Positions 21,436 through 31,082 of a DNA stretch of 64,000 bases are shown here, in pieces. The stretch lies in assembly GCA_018896525.1 (NCBI GenBank), contig JAHIMR010000065.1, positions 8,205-72,204 of the forward strand, in the 5' to 3' direction. The DNA comes from Actinomycetota bacterium. GTDB taxonomy: Bacteria; Actinomycetota; Geothermincolia; Fen-727; Anoxymicrobiaceae. Numbering within the stretch: the first letter of the stretch is position 1; the number at the start of each line of letters is the position of its first letter. The notes beneath the pieces are model-generated. The model was not told the DNA's origin. It saw only the letters and a program-made list of their open reading frames with translations, and did no database searches. The position numbers and the translations under genes were made by a program.

Positions 21436-22911
21436 ATGCTTCGAATCAGAAACGCCGAGGGTGTTACCGTCCTGCACGAGACTACTCCTGAGAACACCAG
21501 GAAGATGATAGCCAGCGAGCCGCTTTTCGCCGCCGACACCGACGACCCCACTTTCCTGTCGGCAGGCGAGATCAAGGAGATCCAAAACCGCAACCTGAAG
21601 CGGCAGATGGAGCGGGTGGCCGACGGGAGCGCCTACTACAAGGAGCTTTTCACCAGGGAGAAGATCGACCCGGCGAAGATAACCACCGTCGACGACCTGG
21701 TCCGGTTGCCACTGACCTTTAAGAAGGATTACATGAAGGACCCGGAGGCGTTCAAGCTGAACCTCTCCAACCCCACGCTGTACGATTGGCTCTGGGAGGT
21801 TACCTATACGACGGGAACCACCACCGGCGTGCCGACCCCGTTCTATAACACCATCAACGACGCCTACGCCACCTTCCAACTGCTGTTTCGCGCAATGAAG
21901 ATAAGCGGTGCGATATCCGGGATGCGGTCGGTCAACCTGTTCCCGCTGGGGCCGATTCCCCATATCGGGTTCTTCAGGGCCCGGGACATCACGACCATGA
22001 GCCTGTTCGGCCAGGGTTCGTTCGGTTGCACCGGCATGCCTCACCCCGAGTTCAAGATACATCGTTCCTTCGACTACGCGGTAGAACTTGTCGAGAGGGT
22101 GGAGGCCCAGGCGCTGGTGGGCGTTGCAAGCTTCGTGCGGCGCATAATAATGAAGGCCGAGGAGCAGGGCCGGGACTACTCCCATGTGGAGGGGGTCGAA
22201 CTGCTGGGCGAGGCCGCCCCCAGGGGAATGCGGGACGACATCCGCGGGAGACTCGGGAACATGGGCGCCGACCGCCCGTTCATCTCCAACTCCTACGGGT
22301 TCACCGAGATGCAGGGCGCGATGTCGGAGTGCGAGGAGTTCAGCGGCTGCCATTCCCCCGACCCCAGCCTCTTCTTCTTCGAGGTCACAGACGAGAAGAC
22401 CGGCGAGAGGTTGCCGGATGGAGAGACCGGCCTGCTGGTAATAACTCACCTCAACCGCACCGGGACCGCGCTCCTCCGCTACGTGATAGGAGATTACGCC
22501 GCAATAACCCACGAGCCGTGCTCGAGATGCGGGAGGACCTGCATGAGAATGGAGGTCGCGGTGGGAAGCACTTACGCCAGCCGGACCAGCGAGCTGATTA
22601 ACCTGAAGGGTACCCTCATCAACCCGGAGGTCCTGCGCGACGAGATAGCCAACACCAAAGGCGTCACCGAGTACCAGGTGGTCTTCACCAAGAAAGACCT
22701 CTCCGACCCGTACTCCGCGGACGAGCTCATCATCAAGGTAGGCAGGTCCGGGGGCAGGCCGGAGGAGGACATCGCCGCCGATCTCGAAAAAAGAGTACAG
22801 CGGGCGGTGGAGATGAGGGCCAGGATAGAGTTCGTTGAGATGTCCGAGATCTTCGACCCCACAGTTGCCCTGAAAGCGACGCGGATTGTCGACCTTCGCC
22901 CCACGGAGTAG
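21436..22911 (+). CDS. phenylacetate-CoA ligase-like / coenzyme F390 synthetase-family adenylate-forming enzyme
   Basis: 491 aa. PaaK-family N-terminus (YYKELFTREKIDPAKITTVDDLVRLPLTFKKDY) and TTGTTTG adenylation motif. Good RBS. Confidence 0.7.
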   Translation: MLRIRNAEGVTVLHETTPENTRKMIASEPLFAADTDDPTFLSAGEIKEIQNRNLKRQMERVADGSAYYKELFTREKIDPAKITTVDDLVRLPLTFKKDYMKDPEAFKLNLSNPTLYDWLWEVTYTTGTTTGVPTPFYNTINDAYATFQLLFRAMKISGAISGMRSVNLFPLGPIPHIGFFRARDITTMSLFGQGSFGCTGMPHPEFKIHRSFDYAVELVERVEAQALVGVASFVRRIIMKAEEQGRDYSHVEGVELLGEAAPRGMRDDIRGRLGNMGADRPFISNSYGFTEMQGAMSECEEFSGCHSPDPSLFFFEVTDEKTGERLPDGETGLLVITHLNRTGTALLRYVIGDYAAITHEPCSRCGRTCMRMEVAVGSTYASRTSELINLKGTLINPEVLRDEIANTKGVTEYQVVFTKKDLSDPYSADELIIKVGRSGGRPEEDIAADLEKRVQRAVEMRARIEFVEMSEIFDPTVALKATRIVDLRPTE

Positions 22912-23049
22912 TCACCGGGAATTACCGTTACGGGGACAGGCGAAAGGCCAGGCCATAACTAAACAGGTGTCTTACTGACTGGCTGTTAAGTTGCCGTCCT
23001 TATTAGCTAGGGCCCGGCCTTACGTTAATTATACACCCCCGGGCCGGAA

Positions 23050-23345
23050 CTGCCAACCGGTGGGGTCAGTGCCTTCAAGCGGCGGCGATAAGGCCGCCAG
23101 GTGGGGTCTGGTGTTAGAGCGGTGTTGATACGGCCACCAGGTGGGGTCAGGTGTTAGATAGGTGTCAGGAATCAAAGCGTTGTGGCAAGAACACCTGAAC
23201 CCTTTCTGTCAGACAAGCAGTGGTAAGACAGCGTTATGGCAAGAACACCTGACCCCTTCCTCGCAACCAAACGGTGGTAAGACAAAGTTACGGCCAGAAG
23301 GCCTGACCCCTCATGTCAGACAAGCGGCGGTCAGACAAGAACGCC
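23050..23345. repeat. family-3 hairpin repeat array (3x CCRCCAGGTGGGGTCAGGTG arms and 3x GTTRYGGCAAGAACACCTGACCCC arms)
   Basis: GGGGTCAGGTGTT and AACACCTGACCCC are exact reverse complements, each repeated 3 times. Lies between two convergent PaaK-like genes. Confidence 0.7.
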
Positions 23346-23422
23346 AACCGCGGGCATGTGACGTTAGATTCTTTGCTTAGACACATGCCCCACAATGCAT
23401 ATGCCCAGGGGCATGACCTCCC

Positions 23423-24922
23423 TCAGAACTCCCTTTTGTCCACCACCCAGTCCGCCTTGAGCCCGGTGCGCTCGAAGAGGCGGTTCTCCACCTTTTTCGG
23501 CTTCTCGATCTCTATCCGGTCCGGGGATACTTCGGCATCCATCTTCAACTGCCTGGTGACCCCGACCCTGACCATCTCCTCGTCTGCGCCCGGCTGCAGG
23601 GATACGTAGACCAGGACCCTGTCGCGGCTGGCCTGGTCCCCCTCGTCCTCCCTGGTGATTATGACCTGAAACGACTCCACCCCCTCAACCCGCCGGAGCG
23701 CGTTCTGGAACTCTGTGAGCAGTACCCGAACGCCTTTTATCCTTGTGAAATCCCTCCTGGCCCTGCCTATGGGGGGCCGGAGGACCGGCATGGTAAGCCC
23801 GCAGTGCGAGCATTTCTCCCAGACGACTCCCCCAGCGATGAGGTCGCCCATCCAGTAGCGCAGAAGGACCGTGCCCCTCCAGTCGATGTGGCTGAACGCC
23901 AGCACGCCGGGCTCGCCCCAGGGCACCGGTTCCCTGGTATCGGGATCCAGCACCTCCCAGAAGTAAAACTCCGGGTTAAGGTGGATGCCGGTCCTTTCGC
24001 CACACTCAAAGAACGCGGCCTTGAGCTCGGTGGAACCGTAGCCCTCCACTATCTCGACGTCGGGCGACCCTATCTTCTCGAACTGTCCCTTCAGCTTGTC
24101 CCGGTACTCGTCGGAGAGCGGCTCCCCCGCCAGCACCGCGATCTTAACCGGGTCCGGCTTCCTGGCTTCTCCACCCTCAATCATCTCGATGGCGGTCTTC
24201 AACCAGTACGTCATGTAGGAGGGGATCGCAATGTACATGTCAAACGGCATGCTGCCCGCTATCCGTACCTGCCGCTCGGTGGGTATCGCCCTTCCCCCGC
24301 AGGTGTGGAATATCGCCCCGCCGTTATCCACCGTGAACTCCGCGAATATCACCTGGAAGAAGGCCAGGTGGGGAAGGGCGGAGTACATGTTAAGAGCCCT
24401 CATCGTCGGCTCCCAGCCGAACAGATACATCATCCCGGCGATATAGGGGACCACGCTCTTGAGGTCATAGTTGGTGTAACAAGACTGAACCGGATCGCCA
24501 GTGGTCCCCCCGCTGGCGTGAAAATGTATCGGCAGCCACTCCCCGGCCCCGGTTTGCCTGACGCGTTCCTCGAACGAGCGCGGCTTCCCGTAGAGGTCTC
24601 TCAGGTACCTGGTGTTCAGAGTCTGCCAGGTGTACCATAGCTTCTTCTTCCTGCTGATCTCCTCGACATCGTACGGTGAATCCTCGTTCCCGGGCTGCAG
24701 GACAAACGCTTTCTGGTCCTCCATGATGTCCTTTTTCCCGGTAATCGGTATCTTCCTGAAGTCATCGTAAGAGTTCAGCCTGTCGGGGTCGATGTTGTTC
24801 TCGCGGAACAGCTTCCGGTAGTAGGGATGGTAGGGATAGACGTAATCCTTGATGTACTTGAACATCTTTGCCAGGGAGTACTCTCTCTGCTCCTCCGGGG
24901 TCCACTGATATGAGATAGCCAT
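23423..24922 (-). CDS. phenylacetate-CoA ligase-like adenylate-forming enzyme (second paralogue)
   Basis: PaaK-family motifs (YYRKLFRENNIDPDRLNSYDDFRKIPITGKKD; SGGTTGDP). ATG at 24922 is preceded by a GGAGGA RBS, so the ORF-track start at 24940 is unlikely. Confidence 0.7.
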   Translation of the reverse strand: MAISYQWTPEEQREYSLAKMFKYIKDYVYPYHPYYRKLFRENNIDPDRLNSYDDFRKIPITGKKDIMEDQKAFVLQPGNEDSPYDVEEISRKKKLWYTWQTLNTRYLRDLYGKPRSFEERVRQTGAGEWLPIHFHASGGTTGDPVQSCYTNYDLKSVVPYIAGMMYLFGWEPTMRALNMYSALPHLAFFQVIFAEFTVDNGGAIFHTCGGRAIPTERQVRIAGSMPFDMYIAIPSYMTYWLKTAIEMIEGGEARKPDPVKIAVLAGEPLSDEYRDKLKGQFEKIGSPDVEIVEGYGSTELKAAFFECGERTGIHLNPEFYFWEVLDPDTREPVPWGEPGVLAFSHIDWRGTVLLRYWMGDLIAGGVVWEKCSHCGLTMPVLRPPIGRARRDFTRIKGVRVLLTEFQNALRRVEGVESFQVIITREDEGDQASRDRVLVYVSLQPGADEEMVRVGVTRQLKMDAEVSPDRIEIEKPKKVENRLFERTGLKADWVVDKREF

Positions 24923-24974
24923 AGCATGTCCTCCTCGCATCGCTACCGCCGGCTGGAAACACAGTAACCGTTCC

Positions 24975-26249
24975 TCAGAATGATGACAAATGCGCCATCT
25001 CTGATTGACGCTTCTCAGGCGTCCGCCTCCCGGAGCCGAGAGGTCTTACGTCACCTCCACGTCCGTTTACACTCTCCGTCGAACTGACGGCGAGCAACCG
25101 TATGTTATCAGATGCGTTGTCGTCCCTGTCGGCCACGTGACCGCAAGACTCGCAGCGGAAGGTCCGGTCGGAGAGCGTGAGGTCCTCCTTGACCCACCCG
25201 CACTTCGAGCAGGGCTTGGAGGTAGCCTCGAAGCGGGGGACCACCACCAGCTGGATGCCGTACCAGGAGCACTTGTAGGCAAGCTGCCTTCTGAACTCCC
25301 GCATGGAGGCGTCCGCAACCGAACGGGCGAGCCTCCGGTTCTTCATCATGCCGGAGACGTTCAGGTCCTCGATGCCTACCACGTACGGCCTCTCGGATAG
25401 AGGCTTGGCTTTCGCCACTATCTGGGAGGTCGCTTTGTGGATGGCATCCGAGCGGACACAGGATATCCGCATGTGCTGCCTGGCTATCTTCTTCCTGGTC
25501 TTCTCCCTGCGGCCCGATCCCTTCTCCTGGCGGGAGAGCTTCTTCTGGAGACTTCTAAGCTTGCGCGCGCCCGCATAGAGCGCCTTCGGGTTCTCGTAGT
25601 GCACGTGGTTGTCTTGTCCGTACGAGCACGCGGCGAGTGTCTTGATTCCCAGGTCTACCCCGACGGGCGGCCCTGTCGCCTCCTCCACCGCCATTTCCTG
25701 CTGGACCTGAAGCGAGACGAACCAACGGCCCGCCCGGCAGGATACGGTTGCCGAGAGCAGGTGCACGCCTTCCGTCCCGTCTGCCGGCAGGTATCCCTTC
25801 TCCTTCAAGCGTATCCACCCCAGGCAGGGCAGCTTCACCCGCCTGGCCTCCACGTGTATTGAACCGGTCAGCCTGAAGGAACCCGGGCCCCTCCTCCTGG
25901 TCTTGAACCGTGGATAGCCCACCTTCCCCTTGAGTTTTCCCTGCTTCTTCTCGGCCGCCCTCCGGTAGAAGTGGGCGAACGCGCGGTCCAGGTCACGGAG
26001 CGCCTCCTGGGGGGCGCACTTGGAGACCTCGTAGAGCCAGGGGTAGGTTGTCTTCTTGAGCCGGTTCAGCTCGCGGTGGAGCTCCATGGCGTTTGGGGAC
26101 TTCCCGGTGAGGCGGTAAGACTCGCTCTTTCGCGCAAGTCCCCAGTTGTAGGCGAAGCGGGCGGACCCGGCGTGGTTGGCCAGGGCCTTCCCCTGTATCC
26201 TGTTGGGCTTAAGTTCCGTCTTGTAGGCTCTATTGATCTTCAGGATCAC
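24975..26249 (-). CDS. tnpB: IS607/IS200-IS605 family transposase accessory protein TnpB (OrfB)
   Basis: 424 aa with RuvC-like motifs (GIEDLNVSGM) and C-terminal zinc finger CSKCG...CESCG. Overlaps tnpA by 20 nt. Confidence 0.85.
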   Translation of the reverse strand: MILKINRAYKTELKPNRIQGKALANHAGSARFAYNWGLARKSESYRLTGKSPNAMELHRELNRLKKTTYPWLYEVSKCAPQEALRDLDRAFAHFYRRAAEKKQGKLKGKVGYPRFKTRRRGPGSFRLTGSIHVEARRVKLPCLGWIRLKEKGYLPADGTEGVHLLSATVSCRAGRWFVSLQVQQEMAVEEATGPPVGVDLGIKTLAACSYGQDNHVHYENPKALYAGARKLRSLQKKLSRQEKGSGRREKTRKKIARQHMRISCVRSDAIHKATSQIVAKAKPLSERPYVVGIEDLNVSGMMKNRRLARSVADASMREFRRQLAYKCSWYGIQLVVVPRFEATSKPCSKCGWVKEDLTLSDRTFRCESCGHVADRDDNASDNIRLLAVSSTESVNGRGGDVRPLGSGRRTPEKRQSEMAHLSSF

Positions 26250-26811
26250 TCACCGCCGCCATCGCTTTGTTTGCCCTGTTCCTCGCCCCGCGTTTTCCGT
26301 AGATCCTTTCGCACATGGAGGTCACAACGTCAATGAAGTCGGCCCATATGTCTGCCATCTCCTCAGTATCATCAGCAACCATGATACGCCTGCCCTGTGA
26401 CATCATTGCGGCTTCTAGAAACTCGAATCCGAACCTGGTGAGCCTGTCCTTGTGCTCGACGAGGATCGTGCCGACAGCCGGGTCTCCCAATAGCTCCAGG
26501 AGCTTCCTTCGGTGACCGTTTAAGCCTGAGCCGATCTCCTCGATCACCACCTTCACCCGCAGACCGCTGGCGGCGGCATAATCCTTGAGCCTTGAGACCT
26601 GGCGCCCCATGTCCTCCTTCTGGTCGTGAGATGATACGCGGGCATAGATAGTAACGCTATTATCCTTGCTGTGTACGGTGGTGTCTTCATAGACAAGTAT
26701 CGTGCCGGTAGCCAACTGCTCCGCTCTCACCGGAAGCGTGCCGTCGTGATACCAGCGAAGAGCGGTCCTGTAGGATATCCCGTTCTTAATCGCCCATGCC
26801 GATAATTTCAT
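26230..26811 (-). CDS. tnpA: IS607-family serine recombinase TnpA (MerR-like HTH plus resolvase catalytic domain)
   Basis: 193 aa. N-terminal HTH (SYRTALRWYHDG) and a catalytic Ser context (IYARVSSHDQKED) typical of IS607 TnpA. Confidence 0.8.
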   Translation of the reverse strand: MKLSAWAIKNGISYRTALRWYHDGTLPVRAEQLATGTILVYEDTTVHSKDNSVTIYARVSSHDQKEDMGRQVSRLKDYAAASGLRVKVVIEEIGSGLNGHRRKLLELLGDPAVGTILVEHKDRLTRFGFEFLEAAMMSQGRRIMVADDTEEMADIWADFIDVVTSMCERIYGKRGARNRANKAMAAVSDPEDQ

Positions 26812-26904
26812 ATGTCTATAATATCATATATATACACATATGTCATCATATCAATGAACTGCTGGTTACCCTTGCGCCGTTGAAATCATAATAGGACGTG
26901 GGGC

Positions 26905-26995
26905 CGGTTGGCAAGAAAAGACCGCCACCAAGTGGGGTCAGCGCCTTATAGCGGTGGCCGGCATTAAACGTTATGGCGAGAAGACCCCTCCCTTC
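26905..26995. repeat. family-3-like motif copy (CCACCAAGTGGGGTCAGCGCC ... GTTATGGCGAGAAGACCCC)
   Basis: Matches motifs of the 23.05-23.35 kb array. Overlaps the 3' end of the brxA-like gene. Confidence 0.5.
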
Positions 26996-27771
26996 CCAGC
27001 TATTTGGCTTTCTTCGCGCAGCATCACCAAATCGTCATCCAATCCGTGCCGCAGGAGGTCCAAACGAGGCGAGAGGGATACCAAATGCTCCGCGGAGACA
27101 TGCGCCAGACGAAACGGGAAGATGCTCGGGCTGTCGAGCAGGTCCTTGATGGCGGCGGAACCGTTCATGCGGGCGTGCAGAGATGCCTCGATAAGCCATG
27201 TGATGAGTTTTGGGTCTTGTATGGAGAGGGCGACTCCCTGATTATAGACACCCTTGTCAGATGTTTCGTCCAAAACGCCCCAGTCAACGAAGCTGCGCAG
27301 CACATAGCGGACTCGACGAGAAACCGTTTCCCGTTCTCCATATTGCTCCCGCAAGCGGCGCTGTACTTGGCCGGCTGCGGCCGTTCCTTGGAGTCTGAGC
27401 AGTCGTCCCACATGGGCTGCTACAGCGCCCCAGAATGGATAAACCGCCATTGCTATGCCCCAGTGGACCGCGATATGGTCCTCGCGCGGCAGGCTTGAAA
27501 GAAGCTTCAGGCCATCGCCCTGAAGGGAATGCAGCTCGTAAGGTGGCCGGACCCAGATTTTCATCAGGATAGTGATCGTTTTATCCAACGAACCACGTAT
27601 CTTGGTGTTGTCGGATCGAAACGAGCCTTGGACTTCTCCTTGCAGGGCAGCCTTCACAGCAGGCGCCTCGTTTCCTGCCATGACGAGGTATGCGGTTCGT
27701 TCCAGCCACTTGAGCCGAACAAGGCGGTCAAGACCAATCTGACCGTATCGCCGATTTGCCGGTGAAATCAT
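26971..27771 (-). CDS. brxA: BrxA-like protein (last gene of the BREX operon), tentative
   Basis: 266 aa. Called by position (terminal gene of a type 3 BREX order) and 4-nt coupling to pglZ. No motif was verified. Confidence 0.4.
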   Translation of the reverse strand: MISPANRRYGQIGLDRLVRLKWLERTAYLVMAGNEAPAVKAALQGEVQGSFRSDNTKIRGSLDKTITILMKIWVRPPYELHSLQGDGLKLLSSLPREDHIAVHWGIAMAVYPFWGAVAAHVGRLLRLQGTAAAGQVQRRLREQYGERETVSRRVRYVLRSFVDWGVLDETSDKGVYNQGVALSIQDPKLITWLIEASLHARMNGSAAIKDLLDSPSIFPFRLAHVSAEHLVSLSPRLDLLRHGLDDDLVMLREESQIAGKGGVFSP

Positions 27772-29807
27772 GTGTCCATCCCTGCCTGCGCCGCGCGCGT
27801 CGCGGCAGGCAGGCTTTCGATCTGAACAAGAGGGACGACGAGCTCTTCCAGGGAAATACCACCGTGGCAGACAAGGCGTTCGGTTTCACGAACAAACGCC
27901 AAGCGGTCTGGAGCGAGCAAGGGCAGGTAGTCTTCCGGCAGACCAACCGGCGGCCATTCCAGGGCGCCCGGGAACCGCTCCTTGACTTGACCACGCAGGA
28001 GGGAATCCGGGTAAATCCGAACGCGCTCGCCGCGCAGGTCCGCAACCGCGCCTTCAGCTGGCCGACCACATCCAACTGCCGCAACATTCCCATGGTCCGA
28101 AGTCAGGTAAACACGGAACTCGTTGTCCAGAAGCATATCGATGAGATTCGCCATGAACGGCTGCCCGGCCCACTGTCGAACCTGGTTGTGCATCCCCGCA
28201 GCGCCAAGTTCCATGCCGTGCATGATCTTGTCCACCTTGTCGACGACCAGGCCGGCTACGCGTGTCTTGGGGCGTGTAACCAGCTCCTCTACGCTATCCA
28301 GGGTGCCGTCACCCAATCCCTTGGCGTATGCGACTTCTTGTTGCGTCAGACCCTGGTCCGCCCAGAACTGCGTCCACAGCGCGGGCTCCTTGTCCGTGGT
28401 ATGGATACTGTCTGGGAAGTAGATGGGCGGCCTTCCGGCAAAAGCGGCCTGACGTGAAACGGATGTGATGGTGGGTATCCATGCGAAGACCGCGCTTTCG
28501 CGGAAACGGTATCTTGGGCGTTGCTTGATAAGCGCCTTGCGTATGACGATCCACTGATCCAGCGAGAGTCCGTCCACCAGGACGAACGCTGCTTTATTCT
28601 CATTGGCATCGCCGATGTATCGGGCGAGGAAACGCGGGATATGATGGAGCATGACCGGCGGAGCCGGCGGCAGATTGATCAGCCCCGCGTAGCGCTTCTC
28701 CAGCCAAGCCACAAGCGCGGTGTCGACTTGGGTTTGCAGCATCCCTATCTTCTGGCGGGCCGGTTCGGGCAGCACCGCGTCCGATTCCAGGACAAGGGCC
28801 AGAAGTTCAGCCCAGGTCTTGGCGAAATGGAACCAGTCGTCGTGCCGCGTGTCCTCTTCCGGGATGGCGGACGATATGGTGTCGAGCAGGCCATCTACAC
28901 GACGCGTTCGATCCGCCTGCTCATCGGTACGTATTCCAATGGCGAGCCAGGTCTTTGACAGCGACTCGGCCTGGTCATGGGGAACGGTTTGAAGCAACCC
29001 TTCGAGGAAAAGGTTGTCGATGTAAACACGGATATCGTCGTGGTTAAAAGGCAGGTCCAGGGGGCCGGGATATTCAAGACCGTAAGCTTCCTTGCTCTCG
29101 CAAACACCTGCGTCCTCTTGCTTCGCCGACCGGTCGAGAAAAACGGGCCAGCGTTCTTGGAGAAAGGTGAAAAACGCTTCCCGGTCCGGGATAATGGTAT
29201 CAAGCGGCCAGTCTTCAAAGCCATCGTTCTGGCGGAGGACCTGGACAAAGCGTTCGTCCAGAATCGCCGGGATGCGCTGTTCGCGGTAATGGCGGCGCAC
29301 CAGCACGCGGAGAAGATCGGACGGCTCTCTTATGAGCTCCGGCGCGATCTCGAAGACATGCCGCAGGACGAATTCCTTGGTAGCGTTATCGCCCAGGACG
29401 CCGGGCGCGTGCCGTTTCTGGGCCTCGTAGAGCTCATCAAGGTCCCCGCGGTCCAGGGCGGTCACCACCGGATAGCTCAGGTTAGGAAACATCTCCCCAA
29501 GGTTGAAGGATAGCCGGCGACCGGCTTGGAGTAGATCGTATGGCAAGGAACCGAGGTCGCTGGCTCCTGAGCGCAGCACAACCACCAGGTCCGTCTGTTC
29601 ACCCCGGTCCCAGCGGGAACGGAATTTGGACTCATAGGCATAACGGAAGGCAACGTGATCCTCGAACGGAATCAGTTCGAAGCCTCGCTCGCGTATGCCC
29701 TCGAGCACACCTTCCTCCAGGAGAAGCCCATCGGGGTCGGCAACCAGGGTTAATCGGGCCACCTTTGGGGTGAATTCCCTGAGAATCTGATCTCGCCAGC
29801 TTCTCAT
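27768..29807 (-). CDS. pglZ: BREX PglZ (alkaline-phosphatase superfamily)
   Basis: 679 aa. N-terminal LTLVADPDGLLLEE, VLVDGLSLDQW and TSDHGN motifs are characteristic of PglZ domains. Confidence 0.75.
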   Translation of the reverse strand: MRSWRDQILREFTPKVARLTLVADPDGLLLEEGVLEGIRERGFELIPFEDHVAFRYAYESKFRSRWDRGEQTDLVVVLRSGASDLGSLPYDLLQAGRRLSFNLGEMFPNLSYPVVTALDRGDLDELYEAQKRHAPGVLGDNATKEFVLRHVFEIAPELIREPSDLLRVLVRRHYREQRIPAILDERFVQVLRQNDGFEDWPLDTIIPDREAFFTFLQERWPVFLDRSAKQEDAGVCESKEAYGLEYPGPLDLPFNHDDIRVYIDNLFLEGLLQTVPHDQAESLSKTWLAIGIRTDEQADRTRRVDGLLDTISSAIPEEDTRHDDWFHFAKTWAELLALVLESDAVLPEPARQKIGMLQTQVDTALVAWLEKRYAGLINLPPAPPVMLHHIPRFLARYIGDANENKAAFVLVDGLSLDQWIVIRKALIKQRPRYRFRESAVFAWIPTITSVSRQAAFAGRPPIYFPDSIHTTDKEPALWTQFWADQGLTQQEVAYAKGLGDGTLDSVEELVTRPKTRVAGLVVDKVDKIMHGMELGAAGMHNQVRQWAGQPFMANLIDMLLDNEFRVYLTSDHGNVAAVGCGRPAEGAVADLRGERVRIYPDSLLRGQVKERFPGALEWPPVGLPEDYLPLLAPDRLAFVRETERLVCHGGISLEELVVPLVQIESLPAATRAAQAGMDT

Positions 29808-30028
29808 GCGCTACCTTCCGCTCGAATCATGAGCAACGGCACCATCTCGGGATAGGCGTGGGCTTTCTGGTCGAACTGCTCCTGGGCAAGGAGGTTAAGG
29901 CGACAATTGCGGACCTTGGGCAGCCAGACCCGGCAGGTCGTCTCGCCCCAAAGCGTCTGGGCTTCGATGACCTGACAAATCTGCCCGTGATCCATGCTGA
30001 AGTACCAGCCGCTGTCCACGTGACTCAC
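29804..30028 (-). CDS. small ORF (74 aa), translationally coupled between the 351-aa gene and pglZ, hypothetical
   Basis: GTGA overlap with the upstream gene stop and ATGA overlap with the pglZ start. It fills the gap exactly. No similarity recognised. Confidence 0.4.
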   Translation of the reverse strand: MSHVDSGWYFSMDHGQICQVIEAQTLWGETTCRVWLPKVRNCRLNLLAQEQFDQKAHAYPEMVPLLMIRAEGSA

Positions 30029-31080
30029 TCCGGTATCGCGAAGTCGTTGTGGACGCCCACCGTAGCCAGCTCTATGCAGCCATTTGGCAATTCCCAGAAG
30101 TGAAGATGGTATTCGTGATCTATGTCGCGTCTCGATGCCTTGGCGTTGTCGGAGGACCGCCTCCGCGGCGGGTCGCTGCCGCCTGGACTGGTTCTCAGGG
30201 GGTGGATCGACCGCAAGCTCTGTTTGTCGATAGCTTCACAGACGGCACGCAGTGCCCTGTCCGGGAACCCAGGATCAGCGTCCCTGCTACATTGCCTGAT
30301 GGCACCCTCGAAATGGTCACCGATGACCATACCACCAATGTTGTCCCAATTCGGCTCCTCATGCCTTTCGATACGGGACTTGTAGAGTCGGATGCGAATC
30401 GCGATCTCTATACCTGCAATATCGGTTGAAGCGGTCAATACCGCAGATTCGTCGATGCAGGTGAGGAGTCCCCTGAAATCATCGCAGGCGAGAACATCAC
30501 CTTCAAAATATTCAGGTGGGATCGGGACGTCCGACAACTGGTCATCCCTTTCGTGCTCGATCTCATGAACAAGGGCTCGAACGCGAATCGTGCGTTCCGG
30601 ACAATGCTTGAGGATAAGGGCGTTCTGTAGGATGTCCCCTTGACAATGCTTCCGGAGGATGGCCAGGAGGAGGATGCAACGAGCCAGATCCGTTTGCAAG
30701 CCATGCCCGGTGCAGAACTGCATCACATCGGGACTAGTAGAGAGGTCCTCGGACAAAGTGTCACGGACGCGGTAGTAGGTTTCGAACGACGGCGTGTGCT
30801 GAAGCAGTCTATTGATTACTGCCGCCACTGTGTTGATGTCATACTCTTGGATACCGTGGTGTGAGAAGAGTAGGCGCAGGTGTTCTCGGACCGGAAATAG
30901 CTCATCGGTAGACAGAGCCTCGGAGGCATACTCGCTCATACACAGCGCGATCCACGGCTCGTCGAGCAATTGGGCCCAGTCGAGAATCCGCTCCACGTAG
31001 CCATGAACGTCCTCGGCTGAACCGTGAGCCTGCGGAACGGCAAGCACTCCGGCATCAATGGTGACAGTGGCGCTGCTCAT
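30025..31080 (-). CDS. hypothetical protein (351 aa), partner of the upstream ABC ATPase
   Basis: No recognisable motifs. The acidic HEIEHERDD segment was noted. Sits 2 nt downstream of the ATPase stop, in the slot where BrxHII would be. Confidence 0.5.
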   Translation of the reverse strand: MSSATVTIDAGVLAVPQAHGSAEDVHGYVERILDWAQLLDEPWIALCMSEYASEALSTDELFPVREHLRLLFSHHGIQEYDINTVAAVINRLLQHTPSFETYYRVRDTLSEDLSTSPDVMQFCTGHGLQTDLARCILLLAILRKHCQGDILQNALILKHCPERTIRVRALVHEIEHERDDQLSDVPIPPEYFEGDVLACDDFRGLLTCIDESAVLTASTDIAGIEIAIRIRLYKSRIERHEEPNWDNIGGMVIGDHFEGAIRQCSRDADPGFPDRALRAVCEAIDKQSLRSIHPLRTSPGGSDPPRRRSSDNAKASRRDIDHEYHLHFWELPNGCIELATVGVHNDFAIPE

Positions 31081-31082
31081 CG

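Larger units (their letters stand above)
24960..26900 (-). mobile_element. IS607-family insertion sequence (tnpA-tnpB), ends not defined
   Basis: tnpA plus tnpB co-oriented. The IS607 family lacks inverted repeats, so boundaries are approximate. Confidence 0.65.

Noticed and set aside
21124-22512. 462-aa minus-strand ORF across the PaaK-like gene
   Set aside because: Antisense overlap with a well-supported plus-strand CDS with RBS. Low-complexity translation.
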